Notes: a model not told the origin generated them from the letters alone. A DNA stretch of 64,000 nt from Eledone cirrhosa (GCA_964016885.1 OZ024741.1:13206001-13270000); one strand, 5' to 3'; numbered from the stretch's first letter, positions 48,734 to 61,591 are shown. Program-made: numbers and translations.

Positions 48734-48782
48734 AAACAATCTTGATAAGGGGTGATAACCCCGAAACAATAGTAGATTGTTT
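48734..48782 (+). ncRNA. Minimal type I hammerhead, U3-A8 core variant
   Basis: AAACAAUC-UUGAUAA-GGGGU-GAUA-ACCCC-GAAAC-AAUA-GUA-GAUUGUUU, with an 8-bp stem I and a 5-bp stem II. Confidence 0.78.
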
Positions 48783-48896
48783 TTCTCTCTGTTACGGCTG
48801 GTAGAAAAGGATGGCGTTAGTCGTCTAGAACACTTTTCGTTACGAGGCTGTTTGCTTGCAAACGAATCGAATATCAATAATAATAATATATTATTA

Positions 48897-49078
48897 TTGG
48901 TGGATTGGCAGTATCGGTAGAGGGTCGGACGCCATGCTTTGCATCATAGAGTTACGCCCCTTTATGATCTGAGTTCAAATCCCGCCTTTCATCCTTACAG
49001 AGTCGCTAAAATAAAGTACCAGTAATACACTGGAATGATTGCTGGCCTTGTGCCAAAAGTAGAAGCAATTATTATTAT
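48897..49078 (+). mobile_element. tRNA-derived SINE
   Basis: Same family as 29852..30072, with an ATT tail. Confidence 0.85.
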
Positions 49079-49819
49079 TCACTCTCGAATGAATATATAT
49101 ATATATATATATAGATATTCTCACAGTATGAGGCGAGGCCGTGATGTGTGTGTGCGACAAAAGAAAAAAAAAAAAACATAACAAATATTCCAGATACACC
49201 AGATTCTTCGTTTTATCGTTCGTTCATAGCATATGAAGATTTCTAGATATTCCCACTCGTGAACAACCTACATATAACTAACTGTCCATGGGTAGAAATG
49301 ATTCCCTTGTATTCAATTCTACAACTTTGAAACTCTGAACCTCAGCTTTATGTATGGTCATAGCAAGACTGGCTCTAATATGGAACTGAAGTCTTGAGAA
49401 TTTGAATAGCAGCTTGGTAGATGATAAGAGGAATCTTGTGAGTTTTCTCCTTGATGGTTGTTTCCAAGAGTAGTGAGCTCTAGGAAATGGTTCATCTTCC
49501 GCCTAGACGTGGCTGGTCCACGTTTCTCAAAAGGTATAGATATAGATAATTACATTGGTCAACACTGTTTCTGTTGACTTAGGTTTTGGTCGAACCAAAA
49601 AATACCAGTGAAGTACTCGGGTCGATTCTTTCTCTATCTCTTTTTCACTTCCTTTCTCTCACTCTATCTGGAAGAGATCTGCTGTATTCAGGCCTGGAGA
49701 GGAGAAGGGCTCTGCCAAGTTGTAAAAATGCTTTAGCAACGCCATGTCAATACAGTTAATGTATTGCCACCTACATATATTTCTGCCATATTAATATTCA
49801 AGATCACGTGACTATGTTA

Positions 49820-50360
49820 ACGTCTGATAAATGTCCAGACTGGAAGAGCCACTCCAACTCGCGGGGCTCACACCTGCGGCTGGCCAGCTCAGCGCCTATG
49901 GTGGTGAGTAGGGAGGTAGCCCTAGGGCCGAGGACACCAGAAGTCTCTACTGCCAGGGGTACAAACGCAAACCTGTAGGATAGCGATGTGCAGCAGAACC
50001 TGGATTAGTCGCAGACTGCACCAGGTTGCGACTGGAGAAAGTGTCGGTGCAAGTGGAATCCCGGACGAGGGGTTTGCCACTGCGGAACGGAAAGATGGTC
50101 ATGCCATCTGGCCTTTTGCCGTCCCCTCGGTCCAGCCCCACCGGCTCGGGGTGGGAAGGGAAGCCTGCAGCGTCCAAGCCATGCTTTATGACCTCGTGGA
50201 GGGCAGCATGGCGTGGAAGGCGGCCGGCACTGTGGCGACAGGAAAGCGGGTGGAGGCCGAAAGAGTCCACGGTGGATCCACAGCGACATTGGTGTGGCCG
50301 AGCCTCAAGGAAACGGCAATGCGCATATCCTGTCCGCCGGGACTGTAGGGAGACAGGCCG
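49820..50360 (-). mobile_element. CRE-clade non-LTR fragment (zinc finger plus restriction-like endonuclease)
   Basis: GLHPLSC...RHAAL..I...L......EP.GLDRGDGKRPDGMTIFPFRSGKPLVRDSTCTDT (RPD..D motif). Confidence 0.82.
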
Positions 50361-50711
50361 ATTATATTACGAATTCTGTTGAATAAGCTATAATACTTAT
50401 AGAAAGGGAGTTTGTTTGTACGTTGACGGGTGGTTTATACATTCATATTTCTTTCTATCTATATCTCTCTATACCATATTGTCCAGATGACACGAAAGTA
50501 CTTGTGAAAATAAGAAATATTATGTGAAAATCCAGATCTGTTGAAATTTGATTGACTATTATATTATCTGTGCATACATGATAGTTTCTATACAAACACA
50601 TGTACACACACACATACACGCATACACTCATGGACACACACACACACATGTACACTACGCACACACACTCACTCACACACAGACACACACACACATATAT
50701 ATATATGTATG

Positions 50712-50930
50712 TAGAAGGTAAACAGAAATAACAACACAATCGGTACTGTATATGAAAGGTATATATTAGGTTAACGCTTGATATAGCAGGAAGAGGGTCT
50801 TAACGTTTCGGACGCTAGTCTTTCATCAGAAGAAAGAATGAGAAATATGATAGATTGAGTGGACGGGCGGGATGGAATTGGAAAAAATGTCTTTAGATAA
50901 AAATAACAGGTCCATTTGTGTTGACATTTC
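50712..50930 (-). repeat. Dispersed hammerhead repeat, family copy 3 (ribozyme at 50798..50833)
   Basis: Minus strand reads UCUU-CUGAUGA-AA-GAC-UAGC-GUC-C-GAAAC-GUU-AAGA. Confidence 0.8.
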
Positions 50931-51330
50931 TTGCAAAACTGTTGGTGCTGGTGTTTTGTGTATGATTTATTTCTTAGAAAAGTGGATGATGGAGCGCGTC
51001 TACCTGAAATGGAAAAAAAAACGTTTTGTAAAAAGAGCTATACATGTGTGTGTGTGTGGGGGGGGGGGGGGTTATACGTCCGTACGAAGCTAAGAAGAAA
51101 TGTGTGTGTATATGTAAGTAAAAGAGTGTGTGTGCATGTAAGTACGAAGCTATGAGCAAAAGTATGTTAATATAAGGGTGTGTATGTATACAGAGCAGTG
51201 AAGGGGTAGTTTTGTTAAGATATGTTAACGAAACTGACGTATTTCTTATTCAGTCTGTTAAACACGGCTTGTAACTTATGTGCCTGAAATTACAAAGACA
51301 CACACACACACACACACATAGACGAAAAAC

Positions 51331-51530
51331 TACGAGGGTTGGCTGAAAAGTTCATAGGGTGACCAAGATACTCTCATGGAAGACCAAATGAGGTTTATTT
51401 TTCAACAAAGTCCCCGGAAAAAACAATGCAGTTATTAATAAGAAGAGTTGAAATGAATGCATGCAAGATTTCACAGCTCTAGCATCACTCGTTCATAGTG
51501 ACTGTATGAACCTTTTAGCTTACCTTCGTA
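51331..51530. mobile_element. Mariner-derived MITE
   Basis: Imperfect TIRs TACGAGGGTTGGCTGAAAAGTTCATA and TATGAACCTTTTAGCTTACCTTCGTA with TA ends. Confidence 0.75.
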
Positions 51531-51632
51531 TACCACAACATAATCAAGATGTAAGCAAGTCCGCAGATAAAACAGAAACAATTTATGTGGTCAATTTATA
51601 GAAGTAGACAACCAATATAGAATTATGTAGAT

Positions 51633-52157
51633 CAAAGTTTCTCAAACTATTTGGGCCACCCCCCTCACAGCCATGTAATACCCTCAACGCCTCCCAACCC
51701 TATTTCCAGAGAGATCTACTTGCACGCAAATGTTAAATAATGTATAATAAATGAAACGTTAATTTATATATAATAAATAATATAATATATACTATGTATA
51801 AATAAATATTATATATTTTTAGGTGGTGGTTTGGTAGTATCGGTAGAGGGTCGGACCCCATGCTTTGCAGCAAAGAGTTAAGGCCCTTTACGGTCTGAGT
51901 CCAAATTCCACCGAGGTTAACTTTGCTTTTCATCCTTACAGGGTCGATAAAATACAATACCAGTAATGTACTGGGATAATTGCTGGCCTTGTGCCGAAAG
52001 TCGAAACAATTATATATATTTATATTTTACTATATTTATATATATGTATTATTTGATATTTAATATACTATTATATTATCTTTACCACCTCGCAGCTCCC
52101 CCCTGGACCTTCTCAACGACCCCCAGGGGGTGGTAGGACCCACTTTCAGAACCTCTG
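51633..52157. mobile_element. Degenerate hAT-type MITE with a SINE inserted at about 51822..52010
   Basis: Ends are CAAAGTTTCTCAAACT and ACTTTCAGAACCTCTG. The internal SINE is clear and the TSD is weak. Confidence 0.5.
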
Positions 52158-52367
52158 TTCTAAACATTTTACCACCATTTTCTACAGAATTATATTTTCT
52201 GTCTTGTTTTGGTCACCTTTTCAACTGGGGAACCTGAAAAGCAAAGCAATTGGTACGTGGGACCCCACCAAAATACCTTTGGGACAGGCGGCAAACATTT
52301 GAGGAATTTCATAAAAACATTTCAAGTAGTTGATTAATGAGAGAAAAGTAAACAATAAGGAAACAGA

Positions 52368-52483
52368 TGTGACTGTGTGTGTATGTGTGTATGTGTGTGT
52401 GTGGGTGTGACTGTGTGTGTGTGTGTGTGATTATGTCTGCGTGTGTGTGTGTGTGACTGTGTGTGTATGTGTGTGTGTGTGTA

Positions 52484-52515
<32 letters not shown>

Positions 52516-53528
52516 CGTGTGACTGGGTGTGTGTGTGTGTGTATGTGTGCGTGTGACTGTGTGTGTGTGACTGTGTGCTTGTGTGTGTGACTGTGTCTGT
52601 ATGTGTGCGTGTGTGTATGTGTGTGTGACTGTGTGTGTATGTGTGATTGTGTGTGTATGTGTGTGTATGTGTGTGTGTGTGACTATGTGTGTGACTGTGT
52701 GTGTGTGTCTGTGTGTGCGCGGGGGTCTCTGTGTGTGTGTGTGCCTGTGTGTGTGTGACAGTGTGTGTGTGTATGTGACAGTGTGTGTATGTGTGTGTGT
52801 GAGACTGTGTGTGTGTGGGTGTCTGTGTGTGTATGTGACTGTGTGTGTGTGTGTGTGTGTGAGATTGTGTGTGTCTGTGTGTGTGTGTGACTGTGCGTGT
52901 GTGTGTGACTGTGTGTGTATGTGTGTGGGTATGTGTGTGTGTGACTATGTGTGTATGTGACTGTGTGTGTCTCTGTGTGTGTGTGGGTCTGTGTGTGTGT
53001 ATGTCTGTGTGTGTGCGACTGTGTGTGTGTATGTGACAGTGTGTGTGTGTGAGACTGTGTGTGTGTGTGTGTGTGACTGTGTGTGTGACTGTGTGTGTGT
53101 GTGAGACTGTGTGTGTGACTGTCTGTGTGTGTATGTGACAGTGTGTGTGTGTGTGAGACTATGTGTGTGTGGATGTGACTGTGTGTGTGTGTGTGTGACT
53201 GTGTGTGTGTGTGAGTGTGTGACTATATGTGTGTATGAGTATGTATGTGTGTGTGTGAGTGTGTGTGTATGTGTATATATATGTGTGTGTGTATATGTGG
53301 GTCTGTATGTATATGTACGTGCATGTATGAATGTGTTTGTATGTGTATGTGTGTGTGTGTCTGTATATATATATATATGTGTGTTTATGAATGTGCCTAT
53401 GTATATGTGTGTTTGTATGTATATGTGGGTTTGTATGTATATGTGTATGTATGCATGTGTCTATATGTATATGTGTGTGTGTGTCTGTATGTATATGTGT
53501 ATGTATGTATGTGTCTATGTATATGTAT
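52368..53528. repeat. Degenerate (TG)n / GTGACT satellite of about 1.15 kb
   Basis: Seen directly. Confidence 0.95.
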
Positions 53529-54132
53529 GGTCACCAGTTGGTGCTACTGGTAACATGTATCCCAGTACAACCTGTCTCATGGTCGGGCCGTTGGCGACTA
53601 AACTGGCAACCCCACCAAGGTTTCTTGGTGAGGAGGGTGACTTTGGACATCCTGCAGGACTAAAAACAAAACCTGTCAAAGGGCAAAGGAGCTCTTAAGA
53701 GTCAATGGCCATCCAAAATCACCGGGAGAGATGACCCCTTAGCCTTTGTCAAGGCAGAATTCTAGGAGAAGGAAAACTCTGATATAACACCTGCAACCCT
53801 GATGGTATCCAATGATGTTGACTTGTTCTTCTTTTTGGTAAATATCATCTTGGTTAAGAGAGTGGGACTGGCTTTGTGCAGTGCCTTTGCTCACTATAAA
53901 AGCTTCACGGCACAGGCATTGCTTTGTATCTGGAGATCTCTCTGCACTTGTCGTCATATGGTACCATGGGCTCAGCACTATGTGTCAATAATTGTCACAA
54001 GTGTAGTGTTTGTACCAGAGTTTTCAAATCGCTGGCTGGACTAAAAAGTCACACTCGTTCAGCCCATTGGTAGGGGTTCGCCTACATGGATATAAAGTAG
54101 TGGCCGTACTCGAAAACGAGTTGGCAGCCACC
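53529..54132 (+). mobile_element. Short bipartite RTE-derived element (5' UTR joined to a 3' zinc-finger end)
   Basis: 53529..53830 is homologous to 58170..58480. About 53995..54060 encodes CSVCTRVFKSLAGLKSHTR. A (TATG)n tract follows. Confidence 0.65.
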
Positions 54133-54135
54133 ATG

Positions 54136-54167
<32 letters not shown>

Positions 54168-54175
54168 TGTATGTA

Positions 54176-57100
54176 TGTTCTTCTGGTTTTATAATTTCAC
54201 AAAGTTTTACTAATAGAGAGAGAGTCGGTTTCTAACATAGACACAAGACTCTCTCATTGAAATTTACACATCAACTAGGTAGATATGTATGTATGCATGC
54301 ATGTGTAGATATGGATATTATTGTATGTGTGGATGTGTATGTTTTGAGTTGTATGTGTGCATGTGTATATGCTTTGTATCTGTACATGTGTATATGCAGA
54401 TATTAGATGCTAAATTTTTGGAATGTTTTACATATTTTTACTGTTCCATTAATGGATTGTACTTGTAATTTCCTAACTAGTTGTGTTCTTTCTGTTCCTG
54501 TGAAGCCCAGATTCTCAAGATTTGCATTGAGGCAGTTACTAACATACCCCAATGTCCCAATAATACCAGGCATAAATCTGAAGGTGTAATCAGGGTGGAG
54601 TATCTGCAGATTTCTCATCAGTTCTGCATAAATATTCTCCTTTTCACTAATCTTTGATATTATATTGGCATCTGCTGGGCAGCTAATTTCCACTACTGTG
54701 CATGCTTTCTTCTCCCTGTCCCATATCATAATATCTGGTCTGTTATGCCTGCATTTTATTGGGGTTTTTACTCGAACATTCCACCACTACTCTTTCATAT
54801 TATGTACATGGATGTCTTCCACATTGTTGTAGCTTTTAATGTGTTTATTATCGGGGCTATCTTTTTTACGAACTGCATTGTACAGTATTTTGGCCACTAC
54901 ATCATGCCTCATAGGTAGATAGTACCGCGATGACATCTTTGGACAGCTGCTGATGACATGGGTGATATCCTCGATGTTAGTTCTGCAGAGTCTGCACTTG
55001 TTATCACATCTAGGTGTTTTGCCTGCATGCCTATCTATTTTGTGAATCAGGTATTTCGTGCTAATCTCCTGTTCTTGGATTGCAAAAGCGTATCCTTCAA
55101 AGTGGGAGCCAATATAGAGGTTGTTGGTCCAATATAGACTACTTTCCTTATCTATATTACTCTCACTCTGGAGTTTCCTGGCAACATATCCATGCATGAT
55201 TTTTTGCTGATAGGCATGCAGTTTTTCATCCATGGATTCACTGCGATACTGCTGAGCGACATCCCTGGGTGTGAGTTTTTGATTATCACACAGGGAATAT
55301 CTCTCAAGGAGTTCCTTCCCAGCTCTCATGATCTTATGTGTTTCATGCAGATAGACTTGCTCGAGAAGCGGGCTCCTACGCTTCGAGGTTCGTGGATGTT
55401 GTCGGAGAGATATGATGCGACAGCCAAATGTTGTCTGGACTGATGTTACGCCTCTGCCTCCCTGCTTACGTTTCAAGTAAAGGCGGTCTATGTCACTGTT
55501 GATGTGGAAGTTTCCGGTGTTGTTCAGTATTTTTCGAGTTCCAACATCAAACTTAAAATCAGACTGAAGAAGCAGAAGAACAGAGCACTAACTACAAGGC
55601 GTTTTGACACTACCAAGCTGAAGAACGGTGACACAGAAGCACAGTTCGAGGCTGCTTTTAGGAATAGATTTGCTGTCCTTGAGAAGTCTGCACCAGGCTC
55701 GGTCAATTGGTGGGAGGAAATGAAGAAGACCATGGAAGCTGCAGAGGAAGAAATCCTGGGCTACAGGAAGTCCCTCAGAGAAGCTTGGGTCAGCGACAAC
55801 ACCTGGCAGCTGATTAATGAAAGGAAAGCCCTACACCAGCAGAGGCATGCCACTATCCCAGAGGCCATCAAGGTATATCAGCAGTATGTTGACAAGGACA
55901 AGGAGGTGAAACGCAGCGCCTAAAAGGACAAACGAATGTGGCTTGAGGGTAAGGCAGAGGAGGCGGAAGCAGCTGTGGTACGCAATGACATGCGCTCTGT
56001 GTACCAAATTGCCAAGAAAATCACCGGCAGCTCTAGAGCTAACTCAGGCCCGGTGAAAGCGAAAGATGGTACGCTGCTTTCCAAGGGTGAAGAAAAGTTA
56101 GTCAGATGGGCTGAACATTTCAAGGAAGTCCTCAACCGACCGGAGCCACGTGTGCCAGCAGATACTAAGGAACCTACTAGTTTGTTGCCTATCAATACTG
56201 ATGACTTCACCGAGAAGGAAGTCCGCATGGCCATCAAAACCCTTAAGAATAACAAGTCACCAGGTATGGATGGCATTTCTGCTGAAATGCTGAAGTCAGG
56301 AGGCGAAAGCATGGTCAAGTGGATGGGCCACTTATGTAATCTTGTGTGGAACATGGGTGAAGTCCCAGAAGATTGGAGAAACGGAGCGCTTGTCTGTATC
56401 CCCAAGAAGGGCAACCTTGCCGATTGTGACAACTGGAGGGGAGTGACCACTTCTCTCCATACCAAGGAAGGTCTATTGTCTGATGATCCTGAACGGCATA
56501 CGTGGCATGGTAGACCGGGAACTGCGAGAACAACAGGCAGGGTTCCGACCAAAACGTTCCTGTGCAGAGCAGATCTTTACGTTACGCCGCATCATTGAGA
56601 GGTACAACGAATTCCAGAGGACCCTCGCCGTCAGCTTCATCGATTTCTCCAAAGCATTCGATAGCATTCATCGGCCGTCACTCTGGAGCATCATGCATGA
56701 GTATGGTCAGCCCCAGAAAGTCATTTCGGCAATCAAACAGATTTACGCAAACTCCAAGTGCTGCATACGGACAGAGGATGGTTACAGTGACTGGTTTGAG
56801 GTGGTTACTGGTGTGCGTCAAGGTTGCTCGCTCTCTCCAATTCTCTTTGCCATAGCCATTGACTGGGTACTAAGAAGAGCGTCTAAAGACCAGGGTATAT
56901 CTTGGGTGGGAGAGCAAAAGTTGTCTGACCTGGACTTTGCGGACGATATTGTTGCACTTGCAGAGAGCACGGCTGACCTGCAAATTATTATGAACAATAT
57001 CAATGTCGAAGCAGGAAGCTTAGGTCTCAATATCAGTGCTCGGATTTCGTCCATCGTCCAATTGAGTATTCCAAACACATTGTGAGCCACTGTTTTGTTT

Positions 57101-58143
57101 TGCGCAGAGAGTTCCGATGACCATATCTTTCTTAATCGGGTGTAGTATTCCCTGGTTACGCGTTCTTTATTACAGATACCATTATAGGATATGTTCTCAT
57201 CTATCCCCAGGTATCTGTAGCAGTCTTCATCAGATATCGGTGAAACAGTTAGACCATTGATGACAATGTTGCTAGATTGGGTTGTTGTTTTTCCCCGCTT
57301 TACAGTCATGTATGAGCATTTATCTTGGCCAAACTCCATTCCTATATCCTTTGAGAACGTTGTAACCAGGTCAAGATTTTTCTTCATCCCATCCATGTTC
57401 TTGGAATAGAGTTTCAGATCGTCCACAAAGAAGTTATGGGTTAGGTTTGTATTTCTGTCCTCCTGTGAGCCAATGATGTATCCCTCACATTTCTTGAGCA
57501 GAAAGGACAAGGGGTTTAATGACAAGATGAACAATATCACAGAGAGACTGTCCCCCTGAAATATACCCCTGCAATATTTTATTTTATCAGTGAAAATAGA
57601 GTCCTCCCTCTCTGTCTTTAACCTTAGGATAGTAGCCCAAAAAGAAGACATCCTCTCTATGGCTCTGACAATAATGTCTGGGACTTTAGCAAGTTGGAGG
57701 GCCTCTATCATCCAAGAGTGGGGAACAGAATCGAAAGCTTTCTTGTAATTCAGCCAGACTGTAGTCATATTCCTCCTAAGTTGTCGCACCTCCGATATCG
57801 CAGTTTTGTTGATTAGGAGTTGTTCAGCACATCCCCAAACCCTTTCCTTTCCAGCTGCTTGTTCATCTGTGATGATGTTATTATTTTCACAGTGATCTTG
57901 GAGGAATAGGTTTAGGCTGGCTGTATACATCTTATACATCAGGTTCTGGCATGCAATGGGTCGGTAGTTTATTGCCAAGTGGGTGTCTTTGTTCTTGGGG
58001 ACCAGTAAGGTTTGTGCTAATGTCAACCATTCTGGTATAAGTGTATCTCCCTTAAGAACTTGTTGGTAGAGGTCAGTAAGATACCTCCGATAGAATATTA
58101 GTTTTTTGTACCAGTAGCCGACAATCATGTCTCTTCCAGGTGG
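54176..58143 (-). mobile_element. 5'-truncated R4/Dong-type element, interrupted by an RTE fragment and flanked by (TATG)n
   Basis: RT motifs NYRPIACQN, GIFQGDSLS and FFVDDLKLY. Zinc finger CRLC..EDITHVISSC..RHD. RLE motif HNRPDI.IWD..C.VVEISCP.D..K...Y. Confidence 0.9.
55541..57035 (+). mobile_element. Internal RTE-clade LINE fragment (linker plus RT up to FADD)
   Basis: RWAEHFKEVLN, KSPGMDGI, NWRGVT, QQAGFR, DFSKAFDSI, GVRQGCSLSP and DFADDI. It lacks both natural ends. Confidence 0.9.
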
Positions 58144-58169
58144 TATGTATGTATGTATGGTTTGTGTCA

Positions 58170-60310
58170 GGTCGCTCTCGAGTGCTACTGGTAACATGTA
58201 TCCCAGTACAACCTGTCTCATTGTCGGTTGTCGGCGACTAAACTGGCGACCCCACCAAGCTTGCTCGGTGAGGAGGGTGATATTTGGACACCCTGCAGGA
58301 TGAAATACAAGACCTGGCAAAGGGCGGAGGAACTCAGCAGAGTCAACGGCCATCCAAATAGTAGTTTATTTTTGCCTGGGAGTGAAAGACCGCCAGTTGT
58401 TGTCACACCCCTTTCTAGGAGAAGGAAACTCTGAAAAACAACCTGCGGCTTCAGAAGCATCCGATGATGTTGACCAGTTCTCCTTTTCGGGTAGTGTTTT
58501 CGATGCTCAGAGAGTGGGATTGGTCGAGTGCAAGGCCTTTCCCCACTTAAAAAACCTTCAAAGCACAGGCATTGCTTGTTCAGGATATGTTATAGGTTCG
58601 TGTGGCTGGCCGTAGCCTAAAAGTGCACCAAACTCTATAATCTGATAAGCGATTGCAGTACTCTTGGAAGCTGTTGGCAAGGTTCTCGCAAGCCTTTTGC
58701 TCAACAGATTTGAGGAGGATATCTGTCCTACAGCTATTCCAGAATCAAAGAGTTGTTTTAGAAGAGGGAGGGGAACAGTTGACATGATTTTCTCTGAAAG
58801 ATAAATACAAGAAAACTGCATTGAGCAGTGTGTGTCCCTATATCAAGTCTTTGTCGACCTAACAAAGGCCTTTGACACAGTTAACGGAGATACACTCTCG
58901 ATAATACTTGGAAAAGTAGGATGTTTACCCACGTTTGTGAGTATGCTAAAACAGTTGCACAGACATATGAAAGCTCGGGTTACCTTTAATGATCAACTAT
59001 CTGGGGAAATCTCAATTGAAAACGGGGTAAAGCAAGGTGATAATCCTGCTCCTACGCTTTTCTTCATCTTCTTTGCTGCCTTGCACACACATGCTTTCCA
59101 TGATTATGACAGAGGCATTCTTTTACGGTTCAGAACCCCTGGAAAAGTGTTCAACTTAAGAAGGTTTAAAGCTAAGATAAAAACCTTTCAAGCTCAGTTC
59201 AGAGAGCTTCTTTACGCTGATGACGCTGATTTTCTAGCACACACACAAGCTGACATGCAACACATTATGGACCGTTTCACATCCTCGTGTACAGGATTTG
59301 GGCTTACAATCAGCCTTATAAAGACCAAAGTAATGTTTACCGCTGCTCCTGGAGAACCATATACTGAACCCATATCATGGTTGATGGAACCAGGCTGGGA
59401 GTAGTAGATAAATTTGTCTACTTGGGTAGCACACTCTCAAATGATGACTCCTTGGGTGCTGAAATACATCTGCGCATCCAGAAGGTCTCTGTTGCCTTCG
59501 GAAAATTGAAAAAGATAGTTTGGGGATATCACAACATTACCAACAATCCCAAGGTGTTTGTGTATAGATCATGTGTTCTGTCTTCTCTTTTATACTCCAC
59601 CGAACCCTGGGCGCTATTCCGTAAACACAGCAAATTGCTTGAGCTTTTTCAGCAGAAATGTTTATGGCACATATTCAACATCAAGTGGCAAGACAGAACT
59701 CCTGGCATCCATGTCCTTATCAAAGCAGAATGTCCAAGCACAGAGTTTCAAGTAACATCTTCTCAAATGCGCTGGATAGAACATATCGTCCGCATGAAAG
59801 AAAGCAGGATCCCGAAGTAATTGTTTTACGATGAGCTCTATCTTGGAAAAAGACCTCAACACAAACCAAAAATGAGATTCAGGGACAGCATCAACAACAA
59901 TCTCAAAGAGCTGGCATTTTATATAGACAACTGGGAGGAGATAGCTCTAAATAGGGCTGAGTGGAGAAAGCTCATAAAGGGCAGTAGCAAAACTTTTGAG
60001 GATTGTCCTCTAGAACAAACAACTGAAGTGTCAGCTTCGGAAGGGCTGTACTCGCAGTCTTGATGAAGTCATCAGTAGTTAGACATGCAGTTTCTATCAC
60101 CGTGTACTCATCTCAAAGGTTGGTTATGTTTAATCACCTGAAGTCACATGAAAGGATACCCACCTGCAACACCACTCAACAAAGACCTGGCAAAACAACG
60201 TGTGTGACATGCAACAAAGTGTGTAGAACTAGTTCCGGACTAAAAAAAACACATGGTGGTACATAAAGATTGTGTCCCACAGGGTGATACCACTGGTCCT
60301 GTGAAAAACA
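58170..60310 (+). mobile_element. RTE/BovB-like LINE with a 5' UTR, APE deleted, degenerate RT and C-terminal zinc fingers
   Basis: FVDLTKAFDTV, GVKQG..APTLF, LLYADDA, FVYLGSTLS, RW..HIVRMKESRIPK and CVTCNKVCRTSSGLKK. Confidence 0.85.
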
Positions 60311-60311
60311 C

Positions 60312-60660
60312 AACTCCCTGTCCCATATCGTAATATCTGGTCTGTTATGCCTGCATTTTATTGGGGTTTTTACTGGAACATTCCACCAGTACTCTTTCAT
60401 ATTATGTACATGGATGTCTTCCACATTGCTGTAGCTTTTAATGTGTTTATTATCGGGGCTATCTTTTTTACGGATTACACCGTACAGGTATTTGGCCACT
60501 ACATCATGCCTCATAGGTAGATAGTACCGCGATGACATCTTTGGCAGCTGCTGATGACATGGGTGATATCTTCGATGTTAATTCTGCAGAGTCTGCACTT
60601 GTTATCACATCTAGGTGTTTGCCTGCATCCCTATCTCTTTTGTGAATCAGGTATTTCGTG
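60312..60660 (-). mobile_element. R4/Dong fragment from the same family as 54176..58143
   Basis: Near-identical to 54712..55060. It ends in (TATG)n. Confidence 0.88.
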
Positions 60661-60719
60661 TATGTATGTATGTACGTGTGTATGTATGTATGTATGTATT
60701 TATGTATGTATGTATGTAT

Positions 60720-61252
60720 GTTCTTCTGGTTTTATAATTTCACAAAGTTTTACCAATAGAGGGAGAGTCGGTTTCTAACATAGACACAAGACTCTCTCAT
60801 TGGAATTTACACAACATCAACTAGGTAGATATGTATGTATGCATGCATGTGTAGATATGGATGTTTTTGTATGTGTGGATGTGGATGTTTTGAGTTGTAC
60901 GTGCATGTGTATATGCTTTGTATCTGTACATGTGTATATGAAGTTATTAGATACAACATTTTTGGAATGTTTTACATATTTTTACTGTTCCATTAATGGA
61001 TTGTACTTGTAATTTCCTAACTAGTTGTGTTCTTTCTGTTCCTGTGAAGCCCAGCTTCTCAAGATTTGTATTGACGCAGTTACTAACATATCCCAGTGCC
61101 CCAATAATCACAGGCATAAATCTGAAGGTGTAATCAGGGTGGAGTATCTGCAGATTTCTCATCAGTTCTGCATAAATGTTCTCCTTTTCACTAATCTTTG
61201 ATACTATATTGGCATCTGCTGGGCAGCTAATTTCCACTACTGTGCATACTTC
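60720..61252 (-). mobile_element. R4/Dong 3' end (RLE C-terminus plus 3' UTR) between (TATG)n tracts
   Basis: Near-identical to 54177..54705. Confidence 0.88.
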
Positions 61253-61591
61253 CATGTATGTATGTATTTATGTATGTATGTATTTATGTATGTATGTATG
61301 TATGTACATACATGTGACTCCTTGTGGAATCGTGTGGGCGCCGTGGTGACATACAGCATTTCTTAGGCATTTTAAACCTGGTGGAGCTCTAACCCTCCAC
61401 GTTTCAGCACAGCTATTTAGACAGAGGGGGGGGGGGGAGAAAGATATAGGGAGGAAGAATCAACCCCAGCAGCGGGCAGGTGCCTTTTTATGGACCTCGA
61501 AAGGATGAAAGGCAAAGCTGACTTGGACGGAATTCCACTGAGAAAATAAAATGTCGTAATGAGTAACTGCATTCTGTCCGACATTCTAACC

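Noticed and set aside
56818-58353. 511-aa ORF as an intact protein
   Set aside because: It is a chimeric frame: the N-terminus is antisense RTE 5' UTR, the middle is Dong RT and the C-terminus is antisense RTE RT.
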